A stretch of DNA of 64,000 nt from Gemmatimonadota bacterium (lineage in GTDB: Bacteria > Gemmatimonadota > Gemmatimonadetes > Longimicrobiales > Gaopeijiaceae): contig JAXHMG010000002.1 in NCBI GenBank assembly GCA_034521595.1, forward strand, positions 192,001 to 256,000. Direction: 5' to 3'. Below are positions 38,286-46,067 of this stretch, piece after piece. The notes beneath the pieces are model-generated. The model did not search any database. It saw only the letters and a program-made list of their open reading frames with translations, and was not told the DNA's origin. Position numbers and translations under genes: made by a program. How positions within the stretch are numbered: position 1 is the first letter of the stretch; each line of letters begins with the position of its first letter.

Positions 38286-39296
38286 GTGCCGGAGCTCACC
38301 CCCGAGCTGTGGATGCTCCTGCCGCTGGCGCTCGCGGCGGGCATCGACCTCTACCTGACCCTGCTGATCGTGGGTGCCGCGCCCACGCTGCCGTGGTGGC
38401 AGCACCCGCTGCCGGGCGCGCTGGGGGACCTCGACCATCCGCTCATCGTCGTGGGCGTCGGGTTCCTGTACATATTCGAGCTCCTCGCGGAGCGCCGTCC
38501 CGCGTCGGGGCTCGTGTGGAACGCCGTGCACGCGCTGATCCGGCCCGTCTCCGGCGCGCTGCTCACGGCGCTGCTCCTGCACGGCCAAGCCACCGAGGTC
38601 GTGATCTCGGGCTCGCTGGCCGGCGGGGCGTTGACGGCGCTGTCGCACGCCGTCCGGTCCGGCGGCCCGATCGTCCGATGGCTCGACCCCTCTCCGACGC
38701 CTCCCCCACGGCTGGTCTCCGTCCTCGAGGACGTGCTCGTCCTCGGTCTCGTCATCGCGGTGCTGGACGCACCCCGACTCGCGTTCGGAGCCGGGTTGGC
38801 ATTCGCCGTCTTCGCCATTCCGGGGGCCGCCACGGCGATGCGGGCATTCGCTTTCGCCATCCGCCTCACCGGGGAGCGTGTGTTCCAGACCATCCGCGGG
38901 CGGAGCTGGACCACGCCCGACCGTCTGCCCGACTGGGTCCGCTCCTCCCTGGAAGACGACATCATGGCCCCCGGTGGCGGCCTCCGGGGGGCGCGGGCGG
39001 CCCTCGTCCGCATGCCGGGACTCCGCCGGCTCGTGACCGGATGGGTGGTGGTCCGGGGGGACGACCCGGCGTTCGTGCACGGCCGCCGGGGTGGCGTCGG
39101 ACGGCGGGTGGAGCTCGGCTCCCTGCAGCCATGCGGCGTCAGCGATCACGACTTCTTCCGGACGTTGGACCTCCGGGACGAAAGCGGGAACGCAGTGCGC
39201 ATCGTCTTCTTCGTGAACGGTCCGAGCGCCGCGTCGCTCGCGGCCGAGTTCGCCCTCGAAGCGTCGAGCGCGGGAGCCCCCGCCGCCCCATCATAG
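38286..39296 (+). CDS. DUF4126 family membrane protein
   Basis: LAAGIDLY, ELLAE..P....VWNAVHALIRP.SGA, VSVLED pattern. Confidence 0.75.
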   Translation: MPELTPELWMLLPLALAAGIDLYLTLLIVGAAPTLPWWQHPLPGALGDLDHPLIVVGVGFLYIFELLAERRPASGLVWNAVHALIRPVSGALLTALLLHGQATEVVISGSLAGGALTALSHAVRSGGPIVRWLDPSPTPPPRLVSVLEDVLVLGLVIAVLDAPRLAFGAGLAFAVFAIPGAATAMRAFAFAIRLTGERVFQTIRGRSWTTPDRLPDWVRSSLEDDIMAPGGGLRGARAALVRMPGLRRLVTGWVVVRGDDPAFVHGRRGGVGRRVELGSLQPCGVSDHDFFRTLDLRDESGNAVRIVFFVNGPSAASLAAEFALEASSAGAPAAPS

Positions 39297-39323
39297 GCGC
39301 GGTTCGTCGACGTTCCCGCGACA

Positions 39324-39360
39324 AAAAACCTTTGACCGCGGAATCGGCGGTCGGTACCTT
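39324..39360 (+). promoter_or_regulatory. Putative sigma70 promoter with A-tract
   Basis: An A run, then TTGACC (39332-39337), 17-nt spacer, TACCTT (39355-39360). Confidence 0.6.
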
Positions 39361-39492
39361 GAATTTCACGCCTTAGCACTTCGGGCCGGCTGTTCGTGCC
39401 CCGACGGTCCCGCTCACGGACCCGATCGTCGCGTGCCCGACATCGCCGTGCTGCGACTCGTTCGACCCGAACCCGAGGAATCGATCAAACGT

Positions 39493-40353
39493 ATGTTTTC
39501 TTCCTCCCGCGGCTTGGATTCGTTCGACCAGTACCTGCAGGACGTGGAAAAATACCCCTTGATCCAGGACCCCCGGGAGGAGCGAGAGCTCGCCCGGCGC
39601 GCGCGCGTCGGGGACAAGGAAGCGGCCGAGCGCCTGGTGACGGCCAATCTCCGCTTCGTGATCTCGTACGTGAAGAAGTATCAGGGTCGGGGGCTCGGGC
39701 TCGCCGAGCTCGTCTGCATCGGGAACGAGGGGTTGCTCAAGGCGGTGAAGAAGTTCGATCCCGACAAGGGCGTGAAGTTCATCTCCTACGCCGTGTGGTG
39801 GATCCGGCAGACGGTGCTGCAGGCGCTCGCCGAGCAGACCCGCTCGGTGCGCATCCCGCTCAACCAGAACTCGAACCTCGCCCGGCTGGCGCGGACCGAC
39901 ACGCAGCTCACTCAGAGTCTCGGCCGCTCTCCGACCGATCAGGAGATCGCCAGCGAGATGGAAGAGCCGGTGGAAACGGTGCGGGCTCTGCGACGGGTCG
40001 CGGCGTCCGAGCTCAGCCTGGACGCCCCCATCGACCGGGGGGATCGCGATAGCGCGAGCTTCGGGGAACGGTTCGCCGGAGCGGAAGCGGAGGACATCGA
40101 GGAGGATATCGAGGCCACGGCCCGCCGTGATTTCCTCGAGACGATGTTCGAGACCTACCTCACCGAGCGCGAGCGCAAGATCCTCTACCTCTACTACGGC
40201 CTCGACGACGGCGAAGAGCGAACCCTGGAGGAGATCGGCACGCTCCTCGGCGTGACCCGGGAGCGCATCCGCCAGATCCGGAACCGGGCCTTCGAGAAGC
40301 TCCGCGATAGCCCACAGGGGGAATCGCTCTCGGGATTCTGGACGCCGAACTGA
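39493..40353 (+). CDS. Second RpoD/SigA-like sigma70 factor lacking region 1.1
   Basis: FDQYLQDV, ANLRFVISYVKKY, GNEGL, FISYAVWWIRQ, TLEEIGTLLGVTRERIRQ. Start is ATG 39493 or GTG 39433. Confidence 0.92.
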   Translation: MFSSSRGLDSFDQYLQDVEKYPLIQDPREERELARRARVGDKEAAERLVTANLRFVISYVKKYQGRGLGLAELVCIGNEGLLKAVKKFDPDKGVKFISYAVWWIRQTVLQALAEQTRSVRIPLNQNSNLARLARTDTQLTQSLGRSPTDQEIASEMEEPVETVRALRRVAASELSLDAPIDRGDRDSASFGERFAGAEAEDIEEDIEATARRDFLETMFETYLTERERKILYLYYGLDDGEERTLEEIGTLLGVTRERIRQIRNRAFEKLRDSPQGESLSGFWTPN

Positions 40354-40448
40354 TCCCCGGCAGCGAGCGAGGCGACCCTACCGCTCACGCGCCCCCCGGG
40401 TTCGGCGCCGCCCGACCCCGAACCCCGCTCCCCGGACGCCTCGCACGG

Positions 40449-42560
40449 ATGCAAGCAATGATGGCCAAGCTCATGGCAGCCGCCCGCATGGCCGGTCTGT
40501 CCATGGCAATCGGCATTCTGGGGGGCACGGCGCTCACCGGCTCGCCCCCCGTGGCTTCGGACCTCGCGGCACAGGAGCCCCCGCCGACGCCCACCGATGA
40601 CAGCTCGGAGGGCTGGAACACGGCGCGCGCCCTCGAGCTCGTGGAGCGCGCCCGGGAGCAGCGGCAGTCGCTCGTGGTGGACAGCACCATGCACTCCTAC
40701 CGGGCCGACGCGCGCGGCCACGTCTACTTCTTCATGGACCGCGCCGGCGGCGATACGCGCTCCCTCGTCAAGGCCGACCAGATCGCCCTGGACGTGATGT
40801 GGCAAGCGCCCGGTCGGACCAAGCAGCACATCGCGGGCCTTCGCGACCGGAAGCTCCTCCCCACCGACATCCGCTACCACCTCGACCACCTCACCATCGT
40901 CCAGGACGACTTCGGCGACTCGATGCGGATGGGTGACGGCGACGAGGTGTCCGAAGTCCTCCATCCGGTCGGGCCGAGCTCCGAGGACACCTACGACTTC
41001 CTCGTGGCCGATTCGCTCACCCTCCTCCTTCCGGAGAGGGAAGGGCGGGTACAGGTCTTCGAGCTTCGCGTGCGCCCGAAGAGCCTGGACCGTCCGGGCT
41101 TCGTGGGAAGCGTGTTCCTCGACCAGGCCACGGCGGCCATCGTGCGGATGAATTTCTCCTTCACGCCGGCCTCCTACGTCGACCCGTACATCGACTACAT
41201 CCGGGTGTCGCTCGACAACTCGCTGTGGATGGGACGGCACTGGCTCCCCTATCGCCAGGAGATGGAGATCCGGCGCGAGCTTCCGTTCATGGACTTCCTC
41301 GCCGGAAGCGTCATCCGAGGACGCTTCGAAGTTCGGGACTACGAGTTCAACGTGGCGTTCCCGCCGACGACGTTCACCGGTCAGGAGGTCACGTCTGCTT
41401 CCATCACGGAGCGAGAGGCGTTTCCGTTCACGGAGCCCCTGCTCGCCGGGCTCGACGAGGAAGGGCTGGCTCCGACCCCCTCGCTTTCCGACGTCGAGAA
41501 GCAGGTGCGGGAGGTCGTCGAAGACCGGTTCCTGACGGGTCTCGCGCCCTTGCGCTTCCATCTACCCTCGATCTCCGAAGCTTTCCGGTACAACCGTGCC
41601 GAAGGGGTCTTTCTCGGCGCCGGAGCATCGCTCCGGCCCAGCGACCGGATCCAGCTGCGCGGTGCGGCCGGCTACGCGCTCGGACGCGAAAAGCCGTCCG
41701 GTTCCCTCGCGGTCACCACCGCGCGCGGGCGCCGCGTCCATCCGCGTGTCGATCTCTACTGGAATGCGTCCCGGGACATCGGCGGCCACCCCGGAGCCCC
41801 CCCGCTCGAGAACACGATCGCGGCGCTGTCGGGCCGGAAGGACTACCTCGACCCGTACTTCGCCCGAGGCGCGGCGATCACCTTCCAGGGCCGCTCCGCG
41901 ACCGAAGGCCCTAGGCTCACGCTCCGCTGGGAGCAGCACCATCAGGCCCGGGACGTGGTCTCCGACGACCTCACCACGACCGAGTACCGACCCGTGCGGG
42001 GGATCGACCGGGGCACGTTGGGAAGCGCCGAGCTGACCGTGCCCGTCTCCCTCACGCCCACGACCTCCGCCGAAGGAACCCTCACCGGCGGCCGGATCGC
42101 CAGTCGCGCCTTCGCGACCCTCGGGCTCGAAGCACGACAGACCTTCGACCTCCACCCGCTTCGCGGAGACGGCGAGGTCTCGGCCGCCACCGGCTGGGCC
42201 ACGGGAGACGCCCCCGCGCAGGCGCTCTACCTGCTCGGTGGCCGCACGACGCTACCCGGACACGGCTACCGTGATTTCGTCGGCGACCGCTACTGGCTCG
42301 TGCGAGCGGAAGGCACCATCCCGGTATACGAGCCCTGGATCGGCGTGCGTCTCATCGGCGCGGCGGGCGCGACCTATCTCGGTCCGAGGGATCTCCCGGA
42401 GCGCTGGACGTCCGAGGACTCGAACGGCGTGCGGGCCTCGGTCGGTGCGGGTCTCTCCCTCGCGTGGGACATCATGCGCATCGACCTGGCCTACGGGGTG
42501 CGAGGCGGCGGCTGGGAAGCCGTCTTCTCCGTCGCTCCCGGGTTGCGGCCCTGGATCTAA
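40449..42560 (+). CDS. Secreted/outer-membrane protein with C-terminal beta-barrel-like region
   Basis: Signal peptide; RYNRAEG motif; alternating beta strands; LGGRTTLPGH and GVRASVGAGL...MRIDLAYG resemble Omp85/DUF5686 barrels. Confidence 0.65.
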   Translation: MQAMMAKLMAAARMAGLSMAIGILGGTALTGSPPVASDLAAQEPPPTPTDDSSEGWNTARALELVERAREQRQSLVVDSTMHSYRADARGHVYFFMDRAGGDTRSLVKADQIALDVMWQAPGRTKQHIAGLRDRKLLPTDIRYHLDHLTIVQDDFGDSMRMGDGDEVSEVLHPVGPSSEDTYDFLVADSLTLLLPEREGRVQVFELRVRPKSLDRPGFVGSVFLDQATAAIVRMNFSFTPASYVDPYIDYIRVSLDNSLWMGRHWLPYRQEMEIRRELPFMDFLAGSVIRGRFEVRDYEFNVAFPPTTFTGQEVTSASITEREAFPFTEPLLAGLDEEGLAPTPSLSDVEKQVREVVEDRFLTGLAPLRFHLPSISEAFRYNRAEGVFLGAGASLRPSDRIQLRGAAGYALGREKPSGSLAVTTARGRRVHPRVDLYWNASRDIGGHPGAPPLENTIAALSGRKDYLDPYFARGAAITFQGRSATEGPRLTLRWEQHHQARDVVSDDLTTTEYRPVRGIDRGTLGSAELTVPVSLTPTTSAEGTLTGGRIASRAFATLGLEARQTFDLHPLRGDGEVSAATGWATGDAPAQALYLLGGRTTLPGHGYRDFVGDRYWLVRAEGTIPVYEPWIGVRLIGAAGATYLGPRDLPERWTSEDSNGVRASVGAGLSLAWDIMRIDLAYGVRGGGWEAVFSVAPGLRPWI

Positions 42561-42683
42561 GCTCGACGGCGGCCCCCGGCCGGCGGGACAGGGCGGTGAG
42601 CGTACGGAACGGGCGTCCCTCGTCCACGCGCCCACCGCCTCCGCCCCGAGCGCCGCTCCGCCGGCCACCGGGCCCCGGTCGAT

Positions 42684-43049
42684 TCAGGCGGCCGCGGACA
42701 CGTCCTCGTCGTCCTCCGCGCTCTTCGGGGACAGAAGCACGACCTCGCGGGCGATCACCTCCGCGGTGGGGATGACCACTCCGTCCCGCTCGTACGAGTC
42801 GTACTCGACCCGACCCTCGACGTAGATGCGGTCGCCCGTGCCGATGTAGTCCTCGGCGAACTGCGCGAGCCGGTTCCAAAGCGTCAGCCGGTGCCAGTCC
42901 GTGCGCTCCTCCCCTTCGTTGCCGGGGACGGGGCGCCGGTTCGTCGCCAGCGAAAAGTGCGCGACCTTGGTTCCGTTCTTCGTCTGCTGCACGTCCGGGT
43001 CACGCCCGACGTTCCCGATCAGCGTGATCCTGTTGACCGAACGACTCAT
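42684..43049 (-). CDS. ssb: Single-stranded DNA-binding protein (short form)
   Basis: SVNRITLIGNVGRDP, FSLATN, TDWHR, GDRIYVEGR; RBS GGAGG upstream. Confidence 0.93.
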   Translation of the reverse strand: MSRSVNRITLIGNVGRDPDVQQTKNGTKVAHFSLATNRRPVPGNEGEERTDWHRLTLWNRLAQFAEDYIGTGDRIYVEGRVEYDSYERDGVVIPTAEVIAREVVLLSPKSAEDDEDVSAAA

Positions 43050-43174
43050 GGGTCCTCCTCCGAGATGGGTGCGTACCGCCCGGCATGCGACGGTCCGGGC
43101 GTGTTTCGACCCTCAGGATGGAAGACCCGACCGGGCGCCACGATGGCGGAACGGGCCAATGTCTCGCCCCGGGC

Positions 43175-45964
43175 TCAACCCTTGCATTCGTACCAGTTCG
43201 GGCCCACACCCCACTCGGCCACGAGCGGCACGTTCAGCTCGAGCGCAGCCTCCATGCGCGACACCACGAGCTTCCGCGCCGCCTCCACTTCCGCTTCGGG
43301 GACCTCGAGCAACAGCTCGTCGTGGACCTGGAGCAGAATCGCCGCCGACGTGTCGGCTTCGTCGAGCGCCGCCTGCACCTCGATCATCGCCTTCTTCATG
43401 AGATCGGCCGCGGTTCCCTGGATCGGGGTGTTCTGGGCCACGCGCTCACCGAACTGCCGCAGGTTCCAGTTTCCCGATTCGAGCTCGGGGACGTAGCGGC
43501 GGCGTCCGAGCAACGTCTCGACATACCCGTGCTCTTTGGCCGACTCCACCTGGGCGTCCAGGAAGGTCCGCACACCCTCGAAGCGCTCGAAGTAGGTATC
43601 GATGAACTCCTTGGCTTCTTCGCGCGTGATCCCGAGCCGCTTGGCCAGCGAAAACGGGCCCTGGCCGTAGAGGGTGGCGAAGTTCACCGTCTTCGCCCGC
43701 GCCCGCATGTCCGCGGTGACGTCCGCCACGTCCACGTCGAAGATGACGGCGGCCGTCTGGCGGTGAACGTCGACCCCGTCCCGGAACGCGCGCACGAAGG
43801 CTTCGTCCCCCGAGAAGTGCGCGAGAACGCGGAGCTCGATCTGTGAGTAGTCGACCCCGAGAAAGAGCGTGCCCGGCGCCGCCACGAATCCCTTGCGGAT
43901 CTCCCGCCCCAAATCCGTACGGATCGGGATATTCTGCAAGTTGGGCTCGCTCGACGAGAGCCGTCCCGTGGCCGCGACGGTCTGGTTGAAGCTCGTATGG
44001 AGGCGACCCGTGCGGGAGTTCACGAGCTGCGGGAGAGCGTCGACGTACGTGGAGCGGAGCTTTTCGAGCTCGCGGTATTCGATCATCAGGCGGGGCACGT
44101 CGTGCCCCATGGCCGCGAGCTCCTCGAGCACCGACGCGTCCGTCGAAGGGCCCGTCTTCGTCTTCTTCAGCACCGGGAGCTCCAGCTTCTCGAACAGCAC
44201 CTCCCGGAGCTGAGGCGTCGAGTTCAAGTTGAAGTCGCCCCCGGCGATCTTGTAGATCTCCTCCCCGATCAGCTCGAGCTCGCGCTTGAGCCGCCCCCGC
44301 ATCTCCTCGAAGAACGCCTCGTCGATGCCGATGCCGATACGCTCCATGCGGGTCAGCACCGGCACGAGCGGCATCTCGAGCTCGACCATCAGGTCGGCGA
44401 GGGCATGCTCCGCGAGCCGGTCGCGGAGGCGTTCCGTCAGCGTGAGGGCGACCGTCGCCGCTTCGCCCAGGTAGTCGCGCATCCCCGCCGGCGGCGCCTC
44501 GGGCACGGCGATCCTGTCTCGTCCGCTCCCCACCACGTCCGCGAGGGACTGCGGCTTGTGGCCGAGCTCCTCCATGGAGAGGGTCCCGAGCTCGTGGCCG
44601 CGACGGCCCGGGTCGAGCACGTAGCTCGCCACCATCACGTCGAACGCCATCCCGCGGAGCGTCACGCCTCCGAGTGAGAGGGCGAGCGCCGTCGCCTTGA
44701 GGTCATGGCCCACCTTGGGCGCGTCGTCGTCCTCCAGGTACGCGCGGAGAGGGGCGAGCGCCTCGCTGTCGAGCGCCGGGAGATTCCCGGGCACCCCGTT
44801 CCCCTCGTCGCCGTCCTCGCCTTCCAAGGAGAGCTCGAGAGGACGTCCGTGCCCGAAGGGAAGGTACCAGGCCTCTCCTCCCGACACCGCGAACGCGATA
44901 CCGACGAGCTCGCCGCGAAGGATGCTCGCCTTCGACGCCTGGGCGACCACGGCGACCCGCTCTTCGGCGCGGAGGCGCTCGACGAGACGGTCCACCTCGC
45001 CCGGATCCTTGACGATCCGATACACGACCGTGGCTCCGGCCACGCCGTCTTCCTCCCCCTCGCCCCGAGCCGCGGTCGCGAACTGGTCCGTGAGACGACG
45101 GAACTCGAGCTCGAGGAAGAGGTCGCGCAGCTTCTCGTTGTCCGGAACGCCCAGGCGGAGCTGTTCCAGGTCCAGATCGATGGGCAGGTCGGTCATGATC
45201 GTGACGAGCCGCTCGGAGATCCGCACGTCGTCGGCGTGCTCACGCAACGGCTTGGCGGCTCGAGCGGGCTGGACGTTCTCCGCGTCCTCGAGGAGCGACT
45301 CGATGTCGGCATACTCCTCGATGAGCGACACGGCGGTCTTCGGACCGATGCCGCGCGCCCCCGGCACGTTGTCGGAGGAATCCCCCACCAGCGCCAGATA
45401 GTCGATGACCCGGGACGGAGGAATGCCGAACTTCTCCACCGCGTTCTCCTCCGTGACCCACTCGGCCGCGACGCCGTTCGCGCCCCCGCGCCCGGGATTC
45501 AGGAGATGCACGCCCGGCTGCACGAGTTGGTAGAAGTCCTTGTCCCCCGAGACGATGACGGCCTCCAAGCCGGCGTCCCGCGCCTGGAGCGCCAATGTTC
45601 CGATCACGTCGTCGGCCTCGTATCCGTCCAACTCGATGACGGCGTCGTTGAACGCTTCGACGATCTCCCGTATCCGCCCGAGGCTGTCGCGCAAATCGTC
45701 GGGCATCTTCTCGCGCGTGGCCTTGTACTCGGGGTACGCCTCGTCACGGAACGACGTCCCCGCGTCGAACACCACGGCCAGGTAGTCCGGCTCGAAGTCC
45801 TCACGGATGTCGAGGAGAAAGCGGGTAAAGCCGAAGGGCGCGGACGTGTTCTCACCCGCCGCGTTCGACAGGGGCCGGTTGATGAACGCGAAGTACGCCC
45901 GGTAGATGAGCGCGTACGCGTCGATCAGAAAGATGCGGGGGGCGGTTTTCGGCGGGATGTCCAA
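43175..45964 (-). CDS. polA: DNA polymerase I
   Basis: 5'-3' exonuclease (LIDAYALIYRAYFA, YKATR, EADDVI, GDSSDN) and Pol A motifs (TGRLSS, DYSQIELR, RARAKTVNF, QGTAAD, LQVHDEL). Confidence 0.97.
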   Translation of the reverse strand: MDIPPKTAPRIFLIDAYALIYRAYFAFINRPLSNAAGENTSAPFGFTRFLLDIREDFEPDYLAVVFDAGTSFRDEAYPEYKATREKMPDDLRDSLGRIREIVEAFNDAVIELDGYEADDVIGTLALQARDAGLEAVIVSGDKDFYQLVQPGVHLLNPGRGGANGVAAEWVTEENAVEKFGIPPSRVIDYLALVGDSSDNVPGARGIGPKTAVSLIEEYADIESLLEDAENVQPARAAKPLREHADDVRISERLVTIMTDLPIDLDLEQLRLGVPDNEKLRDLFLELEFRRLTDQFATAARGEGEEDGVAGATVVYRIVKDPGEVDRLVERLRAEERVAVVAQASKASILRGELVGIAFAVSGGEAWYLPFGHGRPLELSLEGEDGDEGNGVPGNLPALDSEALAPLRAYLEDDDAPKVGHDLKATALALSLGGVTLRGMAFDVMVASYVLDPGRRGHELGTLSMEELGHKPQSLADVVGSGRDRIAVPEAPPAGMRDYLGEAATVALTLTERLRDRLAEHALADLMVELEMPLVPVLTRMERIGIGIDEAFFEEMRGRLKRELELIGEEIYKIAGGDFNLNSTPQLREVLFEKLELPVLKKTKTGPSTDASVLEELAAMGHDVPRLMIEYRELEKLRSTYVDALPQLVNSRTGRLHTSFNQTVAATGRLSSSEPNLQNIPIRTDLGREIRKGFVAAPGTLFLGVDYSQIELRVLAHFSGDEAFVRAFRDGVDVHRQTAAVIFDVDVADVTADMRARAKTVNFATLYGQGPFSLAKRLGITREEAKEFIDTYFERFEGVRTFLDAQVESAKEHGYVETLLGRRRYVPELESGNWNLRQFGERVAQNTPIQGTAADLMKKAMIEVQAALDEADTSAAILLQVHDELLLEVPEAEVEAARKLVVSRMEAALELNVPLVAEWGVGPNWYECKG

Positions 45965-46000
45965 GGCGCGTCGGGGTCCGGGGATCGAGACGAAGCAAGA

Positions 46001-46019
46001 TAGCAGCCCGTGGTAGAAG
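46001..46019. repeat. Solo copy of the MITE terminal repeat
   Basis: tagcagcccgtggtagaag is identical to 5523-5541. Confidence 0.8.
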
Positions 46020-46067
46020 ATGGCCCCCGCACGTCCATGATCTTCGGCGAGGCGACGTGGTCCGGGC

